Of a stretch of 64,000 nt of DNA, positions 25,301 through 35,900 are shown one piece after another. Position 1 is the stretch's first letter. Each line of letters starts with the position of its first letter. This stretch comes from Mytilus trossulus (Eukaryota), in the NCBI RefSeq assembly GCF_036588685.1, contig NC_086382.1, positions 44,601,552 through 44,665,551 of the forward strand. Reading direction: 5' to 3'. The translations under genes and the position numbers were made by a program. Below the pieces are notes generated by a model. The model worked only from the letters and a program-made list of their open reading frames with translations. It had not been told where the DNA came from and did no database searches.

Positions 25301-26793
25301 CCTTAATAGCTTGCTGCTGGATGTGAGTCAAAATTCAGATGTAAGCCAATATTCCTTGTTGAAGGCCATACTTTGACCTATGATTGTTTTAGTTTTATAC
25401 ATTGTGAACGGGATGAGGAGATGCCACATTGGCACTACTTACGTCACATCGTATTAATAATATAGTTTCTTAATTTAATTTTTTAAGTTTAGGGTGACGA
25501 TTTTATAGAGGATTAATGGGTTTTTTTCGTAACCCCAATTATTGCATTACTTGTATATTTCATATTTATGTCTTTACTCTTGTAGTTAAACATTAAGATT
25601 GTCTTTAATAAAATATGTTTACATCAACAATCAGCACGTTCGAATGCTTGATTTTAGAAAAAAAACAAAATTGAGAAAAATTACATTTAAGAAATATTTT
25701 CTAGAAGTAGTTCCATGGATTTCATCAGTATAATCGTCGTTGTTTGGGAAGTGAGGCTCATAAATTCGAAAATACTTTATATGTGTACATTAAGGATCAT
25801 TAAGATTGCAGTTTGCTTTTTAACATCCTAAAATCGTAATTGAACGCAATACTTACTGTTGAAATAAGTGTAGATGTGTACTGACTTTGATCGTATACCC
25901 ACTCTTTACAGGCTGTTGTACTACCATTTTGATATACAAAACATTCAGAAATGTTTGCAGCCATATTTAGAGTACTGTTAAATTGATCCCCCATGGTGTT
26001 TGGCATTTGGCATCTGCAATATATAGTGAAAATGCATAAACTTTAACAAGAAAGATTTTTTCAAATTATCAATATTCAATTCATATTCATCATATAAAAT
26101 TAAATTCTTCGTTTAGCTTTAAGTCACAGCAGACATATTTCTAAAATGCTATCCTTTTACATATTAACTCAATATAGAGATAATTAAACAAATATTTCAA
26201 TTGTATTGACTTAATTTCTGGGTTTTGGGTTTTTTTTCTTTAAAAAATCTGAAAAATAACGATTGCAGCTTTTATCGACCGCTAAACAAAAAATATTTTT
26301 TGTGGCTTTGTACGTTTTTTCGTAACGTGAGATATCGTTTTTTTGGAAGGGAAGTGTCATGTCTTGAAATGTAATAACTTGTAGATCAGATCGTCAATGT
26401 CGATTTATAAAGGAACAAAAAAGAAGCTTATTAATTAAAAACGTTTACATGTAACACGACTACCTATTTTTAAAACAAGCATTACATACACCGGACTACC
26501 GGCTGTCACTATCATTATTACGTTTGAAATTAATAGCAATCCTTTTTTTCTGTAGTGTATCTTGTATTGTTATTATCAGAAATTAGTTTTTCTGTGTTTT
26601 ATCGCGTATTGTTGTCTGTCACTCAGATTGCAATTTGAAAAAAAACTAACCTGTGCTTATGATCTCCGAGTATAAATGTCAGCATGTATGACGTCATGGG
26701 ATCCAAAAATGGAGGAATTATTAACAGAGCCAGCATACGTTTTTGAAAACGGCCAAACCCTCCGATTTTCATTAGTAGTTTGTCGTAATTCAT
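19080..26793 (-). CDS. SLC22-family (organic cation/anion transporter-like, MFS) gene, copy B; 9 coding exons, about 534 aa, apparently intact
   Basis: Exon translations match the SLC22/OCT architecture from established knowledge. The N-terminus is MNYDKLLMKIGGFGRFQ, matching the OCT MxFDxLLxxVGxFGxFQ motif. The large extracellular loop carries N-x-S/T sites and ends in ITIFQFDMVCDNKF (OCT: STIVTEWDLVCD). The MFS signature RLGRRP follows TM2, PESxRWL (here KESARWL) follows TM6, and the second MFS signature VERLGRKK lies between TM8 and TM9. The C-terminal LPETKNMPLPQSVQEAE matches OCT LPETKGxALPETIEEAE. All nine exon junctions have GT..AG and mutually consistent phases. Confidence 0.8.
19653..19834 (-). 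CDS. gene B exon 8 (TM10-TM11): LHWLTITLAMIGKLTITVAYFNIYLMVAENFPTNLRSFAIGICSSSGYAGSMVSAYVGDL
   Basis: The acceptor is ctactacag|CC and the donor is TTG|gtaaat. ELYPTxxRN in OCT corresponds to ENFPTNLRS here. Confidence 0.75.
21138..21364 (-). CDS. gene B exon 7 (TM7-TM9, second MFS motif ERLGRKK): FSISMTYFGITMKVGNLGGDVYVNYLISTSAEVIALFICLYVVERLGRKKIFSSSMLICGIGCLCTIFSSLYGGP
   Basis: The acceptor is ttttacag|G and the donor is CCAT|gtaagt. The ORF-track ORF 21130..21375 covers it. Confidence 0.75.
22436..22660 (-). CDS. gene B exon 6 (TM6-TM7 cytoplasmic loop): FQKESARWLIAKGKLSRAEMILKDIAKENNASFDVDIQKIKVDEKHEKVAFCKAVRELFKSKVLTIRLAIFMFN
   Basis: The acceptor is tttatttcag|A and the donor is AATTG|gtgagt. 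The ESxRWL motif is typical of SLC22. No ORF-track entry covers it because it is split-phase and under 60 aa in that frame. Confidence 0.75.
23082..23250 (-). CDS. gene B exon 5 (TM4-TM5): TELVDPSKRVFANFAYYFSFCIGEYVLVIFAYFIRDWRILGWSTSIVVGIFLTSL
   Basis: The acceptor is ttcgttctag|CT and the donor is CT|gtatgt. It aligns to OCT ..RRYRRTVGIFYQ..LAYxIRDWRWLQ.. Confidence 0.75.
23756..23910 (-). CDS. gene B exon 4 (MFS motif RLGRRP, TM2-TM3): LGRRPVLTTALIGMMLPNLIRSFVSSLPLVSFLIFANGYFSMLVYQSGYIL
   Basis: The acceptor is ctaattcag|A and the donor is CTAG|gtatga. The phase fits exons 3 and 5. Confidence 0.75.
24095..24215 (-). mobile_element. SINE/MITE family 3 copy (5'-truncated) in an intron of gene B
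   Basis: gttgaaggccgtacattgacctat..ggagagttgtctcattgtcactcacaccacatcttc. Confidence 0.5.
24849..24969 (-). CDS. gene B exon 3 (end of extracellular loop plus start of TM2 region): ITIFQFDMVCDNKFVRSHTMLCHYIGIFCGAFTYGMVSD
   Basis: The acceptor is attattcag|GC and the donor is GACAC|gtacgt. The DxVC motif is conserved in SLC22 (..WDLVCD..). Confidence 0.7.
25856..26013 (-). CDS. gene B exon 2 (extracellular loop, N-glycosylation sites NST, NIS, NGS): CQMPNTMGDQFNSTLNMAANISECFVYQNGSTTACKEWVYDQSQYTSTLIST
   Basis: The acceptor is ttgcag|A and the donor is CAG|gtaagt. It joins exon 1 to give ..DHKHRCQ.., compare OCT PxHRCxxP. Confidence 0.7.
26651..26793 (-). CDS. gene B exon 1 (start codon, TM1): MNYDKLLMKIGGFGRFQKRMLALLIIPPFLDPMTSYMLTFILGDHKH
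   Basis: The ATG is at 26791-26793 (minus strand). The exon ends in a CACAG|GTTAGT donor and leaves 2 nt for the next exon. The ORF-track ORF 26623..26823 covers it. Confidence 0.75.
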
Positions 26794-28137
26794 CTTGGTC
26801 CTGACAAAAAAGTAATATTTCATTAAATGTACAAAAAATCGGTAAACTATTCAATTTGCAATAGTCGGCCTTGTTATATTACAATAATTTTAAATAAGAA
26901 GGCACCAGAGAAGAGTTTTGCAAATGGTCTTTGAGCTGTGAAAAGTTTCTTCCGATCTGAGAGTAAAGATTTGCAAGTTTTGCTTTAATATGGTAAATAA
27001 AATATGACTATCTGTCTAAGAACTCAATGTCCTGCCCCTTTGCAAGAGTAGAAAGTCATGGTTGGGACGTTTTTTATCCGTTGTTATACTTTCTACAGAT
27101 TTATTTGCAGTACTGATTTAAGCCTATTCTTTCAAATAAATCAAATGGGACATCTATCTGAACATACATTAAATCTGGACATCAACAGTTTATTATGTGT
27201 ACTGTTAAACTACGTATCGTAAATCATTAGTGTAGAACTGTCCACGGCAAAGAAAGAAAGTTGTCACACATTTTGTATAACTTTATGATTTTAAGATATT
27301 CATAGAATAGTTGTAAGATTGAATGGGTCATGTTTATAAAAAAATATTCTTGATATATCTGGTTAGCACAAAATGGCTGAATGATACTTTAAAACAGAAG
27401 TTATATAACCAAATGTCAACAAAACTGGCGTTCAGATATATGCAATTCGTCAAAAGGTTTACCATATAGATTATATAACGATAAGTTTGAATTCAAAAAC
27501 ATATTTAGATTTAGAACTGGTAATCAAAAAAAAAAAAAAAAAGATTACCAATTGAAACTTGAAAATGGATAGGTTTAGATAGAGAAAAGAATATATTGTA
27601 ATGTATGTCAATCTCAAGAAAAAGGTGATGAATTTCACTTTCTTTTGAATTGTAGATCCCTAGACGACTCAAAAAAAATGTTTTCGGATAATTATTATTG
27701 TAACAGAGAAAATATATATATTTTTAAATTATTACAAACAACACATAGGCATAAGTTAAAAATATATGCAAATTTATAAAGGTTACATATTCAGTAGCAG
27801 GTATTTCTGGTTAGCCTTTTCTATTTATTTTTTTTTCTGTTATAATAACTTCTTGCATAGATATATATTTATATGAAAAGTAATGGTAGCATTCCTATCT
27901 CATCATATCATGTGCACAATTATGGTTTAAAAGAATAAAATTGTCTTGTCTTGTCTTATTTTGATATTTCTTCGGAATTGTCGGAATACTAGATACAAAT
28001 CGTCTTTTATCAAATTAAAATCCTACTTATAACCAATTTTGTTTGAGAAATAATAAAGGGTTGTCACGTCTACATTGTGTTGGTAAATACGGCTCCTGTT
28101 GAAAATTTTAAAAAATCATACCTGCAAAAAAGGCTTA

Positions 28138-28290
28138 CCGGGGCCTTTTATAGCTGACTATGCGGAATGAGCGTTGCTCATTGTTGAAGGCTGTACGGTG
28201 ACCTGTAGTTGTAAATGTCTGTGTCATCTTGGTATGTTGTGGATAGTTTTCCCATTGGCAATCATACCACATCTTCTTCTTTATATTAAC
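28138..28290 (-). mobile_element. SINE/MITE family 3 copy
   Basis: ggggccttttatagctgactatgcgg..gctcattgttgaaggctgtacggtgacc..cattggcaatcataccacatcttcttc is the reverse complement of the 41.8-kb copy. Confidence 0.55.
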
Positions 28291-28898
28291 CATTTTCTGC
28301 GCAATGAATTGTTTTTGCATACGCTGTTAACATATAAAACGTCATAAGAGATTTTTTCATTGGAGAGGTGATGCCAAGAAGGCAATTTTAGGTTAAAAAA
28401 AACAATACCATTATAAGGAATGGTAATGTGTGAATTACAGTATATGCGGAGACTTCGAAGCGAAGAATGTTTTCAAGGTAAGTAAAAGCATCAAATTTTG
28501 TTTTGCACGGAATGCTCCGACAAAAAAAAAAATATTTCCAGCAAGCCGAAGTAGACGCACTTAGTGATCTGTTTTCTTAAACACCCATCATTGAAATGTA
28601 TTTTGTCGTACGAATATACATATTTCGATCTGACATTCGTTAAAGCATGTTATAATATCCATAGGGTTCCATAGTAAACCGCTTTCTTCTCTTGACCCCT
28701 AAAAGTATCTTTTTATACCTCAATGCACTAATACACCTTTAAATTGAGAGAATATGCAGTCCAGAATATTGTGGAATCCTAAGTTAATCTGACCAGCGGT
28801 TTATGAAAACTGCAGCGAGCAAGTTCAACTTGAATGCCGTGGAGAAAGAAAATTCAGTTTTTCTCCTCATTATTAATAATAATACACCTTTTATTTTA

Positions 28899-29600
28899 CA
28901 TGTATCTGATCCTTCTTTTTCCATCTATCTGATCCGTCATTTTCATGTACTTAGTATCTGTACTTCTTTAACATGTATCCGATCCTTCTTTTTCCATCTA
29001 TCTGATCCGTCTTTTCCATGTATCTGTACTTCTTTTGCATGTATCTGATCTTTCTGATCCGTCTTTTCCATGTATCTGTACTTCTTTTGCATGTATCTGA
29101 TCCTTTTTTAATCTATCTGATCCGTCTTTTGCATGTATCTGTACTTCATTTGCATGTATCTGATCCTTCTTTTTTCATCTATCTGATCCTTCTTTTCCAT
29201 GTATCTGTACTTCTTTTGCATGTATCTGATCCTTCTTTTTTCATCTATCTGATCCTTTTTTTACATGTATCTGTACTTCTTTTGCAAGTATCTGATCCTT
29301 CTTTTCAATCTTTCTGATCCGTCTTTTCCCATGTATCTGATCATTGTTTTACATGCATCTGATCCTTCTTTTCCATGTATCTGATCCTTCTTTTGCATGA
29401 ATCTAATTCATCTTTTACATGTATTTGATCCTCCTTTTCCATGTTCCATGTAAATGATCCTTCTGTTGCATGTTTCTGATCCCTCTTTTGCGTGTATCTG
29501 ATCCTTTTTTTTTACATGTATCTGATCCTTCTTTTGCATGTATCTGATTCTTATTTTACATGCATCTAAATCCTTCTTTTACATGTATCTAATACTTTCC
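28899..29600. repeat. minisatellite with a hierarchical tandem array: about 65-bp units built from three 21-22-bp subunits (catgtatctgatccttctttt / catctatctgatccgtctttt / ccatgtatctgtacttcttttg); about 11 units
   Basis: The periodic repetition is seen directly. The ORF-track ORFs 28803..29048 and 29018..29317 are translations of it (HVSDPSFFIYLI..). Confidence 0.85.
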
Positions 29601-29778
29601 CTATTTTAGACATTTAGAGTGACTTTATTACTAAAAAAACTTCTTACACTTTTTTAACACTTGCTCCTTGTCTTTATTAATTGCGGTTTTTGTAAATGTT
29701 TTGTATAGTTAACTTGGGGTTTCTTATTCCTTCTTACTACAAATTATACCATTCTGCTACTGCATTGGAGTTGTTATA

Positions 29779-31081
29779 CAGTCTGCCAAAAGTTAAGCAC
29801 CACCGAAATATAACTGGCAATATTTTTTTAACTATTGCGAAAAAAATATTAATGTTTGGTGTTATGAATTACCTTCAACATACACTAAGAAAATCAATTA
29901 CGACCAAAACGATTGAACTCCGATAAAGCAGTCAAGCAACCTCTTATCAAATGTCATCTGCGCGTTTACAAATACACAGTTTCTCCAGGTGGTCGTGTAA
30001 GTGTTCGTACATTGGTCAGTCGACTTCTCAGAGGCAACTGAAGAGCAAGTTTTGGTGTATAGAGACCTGTACTTACAGGAAGGCACTCCACCGTCAGGTT
30101 TTAATGGGATAATGACTATCTATGCTTGAACATAAGAAGCTGACAAAACACTCATTGTTCAGATGGTAGTCAGTTTCTTTTACTGCCAGTAGACGCCAAA
30201 ATACGAATTTCGCGGGGAAACAAAACGGCCTATGACCAAAAACAATGTTTGCACAAGGACTGCATTCAGTGTTGGTGGTGTTCCAGTACGGGGTTGCTTC
30301 TCATACTGTTATAAGCTGGGTATGCATGTTCTGCAGGGTAGCATAAACGGACAGACAAACAGAGATTTGTAGCCTTAAAACATTTTAGTCTCTCATTTTA
30401 ATAATCCCCCACTTGCGTCGACATTGCCAAGACTCTTGTACATGGACGACAACGCTAGAACACACAGAGCAAGGATTTTAACTGAGTCCAAAGAGCAAAA
30501 AGCCATTTTCACTATTGTTTAGCCTTCCATGTCCCCATACATAAACCCTATCAAACATGTCTGAGATACCATTGGCGGAAATCTCAATCACAGAGATCCA
30601 CCTTCACAATATTTTGTCGATTTAAAAGTGGTATTTGTTGTTTAATGCAACAGATTTCCTAAACTAAAGCTTGAAGGCTTATTCCGAGAATGAAACGTCG
30701 TGTTTTGAAACTCTACCGGAAGTGAGGTTGTTATGCATGCTGTTGACTCAAATGTTGTCATTAAAATTGCCAAACATACCAAAGCTTATGTGTAGAAAGT
30801 TTTAATAATATTGGGTGATCATTTTTTGTAGAAAAATAAAATCAAAGTGAAACTTAAATTCTGTTTCTGAATTCAGTAATTTACACTATTTCTATGAATG
30901 GAAAACCTACATGCATAGAACCTTCATAAGTGACTAAAATTACATTTCTGGTTTGTTTATGGTATACATTAGCAAAATTGCTATATGATTGTTTTATTTT
31001 TTTCGTGGAATAATTGATTTTTTAAATTTGAAAAAAAATCTGTGCAATAAAAACAGGTGGTGCTTAACTTTTGGCGGACTG
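29779..31081 (+). mobile_element. Tc1/mariner-superfamily DNA transposon, 1303 bp, non-autonomous (decayed transposase)
   Basis: The terminal inverted repeats are CAGTCTGCCAAAAGTTAAGCACCACC at 29779-29804 and its near-perfect reverse complement at 31056-31081. Both are Tc1-like CAGT termini. TA lies immediately outside both ends (29777-29778 and 31082-31083). Transposase remnants with stops and frameshifts lie inside on the plus strand. These read ..FSVGGVPVRGCF.. at about 30260 and ..YMDDNARTHRARILTESKEQKAIFTI.WPSMSPYINPIKHV.DTIGGNL.. at about 30440-30600, resembling the third D/E block of DD34E transposases. Confidence 0.75.
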
Positions 31082-32639
31082 TATATATGTTTTGAATACT
31101 GATTGGAATGGAATATTTTTTTCAGTACTTTTTGTAAATTTTCAGGTTGATTAGGATGACGAATGAAATGTTAGAATGAACAAGATATAATAAGAGGCTC
31201 AACTTTTGCAGCAAAAAAGGAAACACAAAAGTAGCAACATCTGGCTAATTTGTAAATTTGATGTTATAGTATAGGCAGACATGAATGAACATTTATCTGC
31301 TTATTTCTAATTAATGTAATAATTCTTTAGTAGTTTTCTATTTTTTTCTCATTCGAACTAATCAGGTTTCTTGTAGATTCATTCTTTCTAAATGCAATCA
31401 AATACTGTTAATGATTGTCCACAACCACCCCTAACTATCACCTGTGTGCTGCAAAATATGCAATCCCGTGCAAAACATTACATTTAGACGAAGTATTAAT
31501 ATTTGAACCAAGAAATTGGTAATTTGATTCTGTGATATTGAGTCAATTCTATATACGAAATACCGAAATAGGTCTCCGAAATTATTTTTTTGTCTTTAGC
31601 TTCAAAATCTCCGACACAAAAAACTCAGGAGCCTTTAGAAAACTGTGCAATGGTTACGTCTGCTTCTCCAATCTGGAAATAAATCAGGAATCATTCTTTT
31701 CTGTGCAAAATAGTATTTGGTGTTTACTTTTCCCAAAAAAAGAAATTTTATACTGTTTCTTACCTTTGTCTTTTTTTAAGCTTCGAAGCCGCCAACTATG
31801 TCAAACATAGTGAACATCCCAAATGAGGCGTTCAACACAGTTATATATGTGCGATTATATTTCCATTATACACAAAAAACCATTTAGACGTTAAGTATAC
31901 ACGGTAAGAGCAATAGCAATCCTACAGTACTATAAAACCAAAATAAGGTACATAGAGGTCACTTTCCTGTGTCTTGATGGAAAAAAATACCTTAAATGTC
32001 TGTCTGTTCTGTTTACAGGTATTAATCAATTAACCACAATAATCTCTATCCGCGGAAATATTGGTGATCAAAGTCAAATATTTATAAAAATTCGATTAAA
32101 TATTAGACTTCCTGATTGAAACAAGTAAATAGGGGCTTAAAACAAAAAAAGATATAACTTCAGAATATTTCTTTTTCTTTATAAAAAGTACGTGTAGTGG
32201 GGTTTTCATCTCATTAGTAAAAAATCTCACTAGTTATCTATTTCCCTTGTTTACAAATAAAAACATTTACATTTGTATAATAATTGATTTGAATTTTATA
32301 GTGCATATTTCAAAATTATGTATGTGTTGAAATATTTCTATCTTCTAGCGGGGTTTTATTTTCTTATTTTAATTTATAAGAGCACTGAAAATTGAGAATG
32401 TAAATTGGGAATGTGTCAAAGTGACAATAACCTGAAAAAGAACAGAAAACACCCGAATGCCACCAATCGGTCTTCAACACATGGAGTGGGCTTCGGCTGA
32501 CCCCTTAACAAAAATTGTGTACAAATTCAGTGAAAATTAACGTTACACTGAACTCCAAAACAAATGGATGAAATTTAATTAAAAACAAAACATACAAGAC
32601 CATCAAGACCAGTAAGGAACTTGCGTATTGATATGCTAA

Positions 32640-32993
32640 TGTCAGCATAAGATAACGAATCATTGGATATTCATCAACAGTGTGAATTTAAGGCACAACA
32701 AAACGAAAACACGAAGTCTTGTTGACATTTAAAGTAGGACAACAACAAATTGAAGTTTTTAAAGACCTTGACTGGCAAAACAGCCCTTGCATGGTCGGTT
32801 GAGTAAGACAGAAAAAATAAAGACAGTATTTTCATTACATGTATATCTGTGTTAATCATCATATAATTTCACAGTCAGAACTTACAGAAAATACTGTCCT
32901 AAAGTAAGACGGATATTATTAAGACAGTATTTTCTGTAATTCACACTGTTGATGAGTATCCAATAATTCGTTATCTTCTGCTGACATTAACAT
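32640..32993. mobile_element. MITE-like element with about 50-bp terminal inverted repeats
   Basis: The left arm gctaatgtcagcataagataacgaatcattggatattcatcaacagtgtgaatt (32640-32692) has its reverse complement at about 32935-32993. The roughly 240-bp core shares a segment (ttaaagaccttgact.gc..acagcccttgca.ggtcggtt) with 21590-21650. Confidence 0.6.
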
Positions 32994-33774
32994 ATAAATA
33001 TGCAAGTTCCTAGTCTTGCTGGTCTTGTATGTTTTTTAATTTTATTTCATTTATGTTTTGTTTGTAATAATTGACAAAATTTATTATATTATATATGCTG
33101 ATCAACACAGATATACGTGTAGTGAATAACGTTTTGGTGATTATTATTTTTTTTTAGTGTCGGCTGATAATTTATTCTTTATGAAATATTAAAAAATCCT
33201 TGTTAGAAATGAAGTGTATTTCCCTAAGATTCGGATCTAATTGACATCTATGGGGATGTTCTTTCAAGTCTATATACAAACATAGAAGAATCAAGTCGAA
33301 AATGATGTATTAGTATTCTATTTAATAACATGTAACTACTTCATTTCTAAAGAAATATGAAAAAATCATCATTAAATTTTTTTTTTACTTGCATTAAATC
33401 TTAAATTGGGTTCACAGACATCCGTGTACTTTCAAAGGTTATCTGACCGATATAAAAAAACATTCAAACAAAATTCGTGAAAGTCTAATTTGAAATGTAC
33501 AATTCATTTTCAAATGTATAAACATGTATAGGTTTCAAGATACGTTAAAGACACTGGCCTGATAAGTGTTTCAACTTGACTGGTCAACGTTGTCTTAAAA
33601 CAAGTGACGAAAGATACCAGAAGGACAGTCAAACTCATAAACTCATAAATCGAAAATAAACTGACAACGCCATGGCTAAATATGAAAAAGATAAACAGAC
33701 ATTCAATATTACACATGACACAACATAGAAAACTAAAGAATAAGCAAAACGAACCCCACCAAAAACTAAGTAGG

Positions 33775-33792
33775 GGGGGGGGGGGGGGGGGT
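33775..33792 (+). repeat. poly-G18 homopolymer
   Basis: Seen directly. Confidence 0.9.
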
Positions 33793-35389
33793 TCTGAGGT
33801 GCTCTGGAAGTTGATCTGTTTTCGTTTTAGACTTCCATTTTTAATTTGTCAACGTCTGTTTTTCCTTGATTTCCTTAAATTCATGTTTGTTTTTTTCAAA
33901 CTAATAGACTGATAGACAATATGTGCTGTGACTAACTGTCATTTACACATTGTCCTCTTTGTAATAACATTACTCACATATTACTCTTTGTAGTGCAGAT
34001 ATATAAATATATCATTTTGGAAATCAAGGATAAGATACATTTATACTCTATTGCTGTTTATTCTGTTTTTAGACAACTTCTAATTTTTTGATTTGAGTTT
34101 TTTTTTTAGATTGAGCGATGATTTGTTTAATAGTTTGTTTTTTTAGAGCCATAAGCTTAAAGAGTTGTTATATTATTTAGTGTAGTAAATTAACTCATCA
34201 TAGATATCAGGACTAAACTTGATGGGGTTTAATCGATCGACACTATAAAGCTTCCAGTGTAAGGTAATTTAATTATTATCATTAATTTTTCACTCGCACT
34301 TGCGCTTTGCGATTGTTGAAGTTCTAACATAAAGTATTGGAGTTAAGGTCACTGAATACGCAAAAGTAAAGACGAACTAATGCATGGGAAGAAAATATTT
34401 CAATAGCAATAAATAAAATACGTAAAGGATTTTGTTTGTCAAAAAAAGTTATTTACCACACTTGAATGAAACTATTCAATTATATAAAACATTCAACTTT
34501 TATTTTTAATTTGAAGTTTCATATCACTTTAAAGTGCATCACATCAATTTTAAATCGAGGTCTAATTTTTAATTCCAGCTACAAGTTTAAAATATTTAAC
34601 AGTGACCTTAATATTTAAGGTTGAACTGTTTTGCGGACAAAGATCTGAACATATAACTTATATCGCGTGACTTATATTAACTAAAGACATTTAGAGCCCT
34701 TTTTCCATCACTTTAATTTTATAACTTTACAACTTATTTTATTCAAAACAAATATTCATGCTTAATTGACCACTTTTACGTCTATTTAAAGACCATGAAA
34801 AAAGTATCTCAAGGTTTGTGTTAACTTACTCACGTCGTCTTTATAACATTGAGGGATGACTATCTGCAGGTGTAATACCACCATTGATTTCCCTCTATAA
34901 GTCTTTGTTAATTTTGCACTTTTCAAAATATTGTGCAGAATTTATCTCTGTTTCAAATAAAGAAATACTGAGTAAAGTTTTACCCTGTCCAGTACTATAG
35001 AAAAAATTTCACATAACAGGTCATTGCACTTAAGAAAATAATCATCACTGTAAGTTAACCTATCAAATTTCTCCTTTATTTGACCTTTGTACAAGCCTTA
35101 GTAACCATGTTACCTCAAATTTACAAAATACTCTATAGAAACCCCAAATAAAACAAAAATGGTGCACAAGACATATGTTTATGAAACAGAAATGTTTTAC
35201 TGCAATAAAATGTACGATTATTACCTAAAACTGTCAAATTCAAGGGAATATATTTATTCGACCTATTTTCGTATAAATACGGATGTGACGTACCATGATT
35301 TGGTGGTATTAGTATTACGCCTAAATCACTCAAAATGAAAAATATCTTGAATTGTTTTACAATACGGTGGCCTGTATTACGATTTTTTT

Positions 35390-35900
35390 TTAAATAAACC
35401 TATCTATGATATCAAATGTTTCGATACAGTAATACCACAAGTAAAGAGATTAACAAAATTATTTATTTTTTTTGCGAAAAAATGTTCAACATTGTTTTTT
35501 ACATTCACATCGGGTAGTCTCTGGTAGATGGTTAGCAATTGTACAGCATATACTTTTTATACCATAATTAGAACAAAATTTTAATTGTACTATTTTGTTG
35601 TCAACTTCATAGCTAATGCCCTTTATACCCATCAAAAAATTAAACAGACTTAGAAGTATTTTGCAACAGCATTTTCTACTTTTGTAAGTAATTTTTATTA
35701 TCAAGTTCATAAAAGTTAAATTCTTACTCTTTAAAACGAATAGGTACATGAGATCTGTTCAACAACATAAAGTTCTTACCTTTAAACGATCTTTTAATCT
35801 TTGTCATCAAATTTTCTTTCAAATGAATAGTTTTTATTACTATCTAGAGAGGTATTCTAATTTTATAACACTGACACAGATCAGTAAGAATACTGTTACG
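35390..35900 (+). mobile_element. repeat family 5 (about 500 bp)
   Basis: Homologous copies are at 10100-10460 and 44700-45050. A 5' part at 8416-8560 lies immediately upstream of the copy A start codon. Shared blocks include taccacaagtaaagagatta.., ..tttgcgaaaaaatgt.caacattgtttttt.. and ..agatctgttcaacaac..aagttcttacctttaaa.. Confidence 0.5.

Noticed and set aside
26690-26699. ATGACGTCAT palindrome inside gene B exon 1 (and its copy at about 8270 in copy A)
   Set aside because: It lies within the coding sequence, encoding ..PMTSYM... It was not counted as a regulatory CRE, although the motif is identical to the intergenic ones.
28803-29317. ORFs 28803..29048 and 29018..29317 (plus strand)
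   Set aside because: They are translations of the minisatellite (HVSDPSFFIYLI repeated). There is no start or stop context and no splice structure.
28899-29600. CRISPR-like regularly spaced repeats
   Set aside because: Every unit is a variant of the same sequence with no unique spacers. There are no cas genes, and the locus is eukaryotic. It is a minisatellite.
33682-33912. ORF containing a GGGGGGG stretch (..LSRGGGGGGSEVLWK..)
   Set aside because: It is an artefact of translating through the G18 homopolymer.
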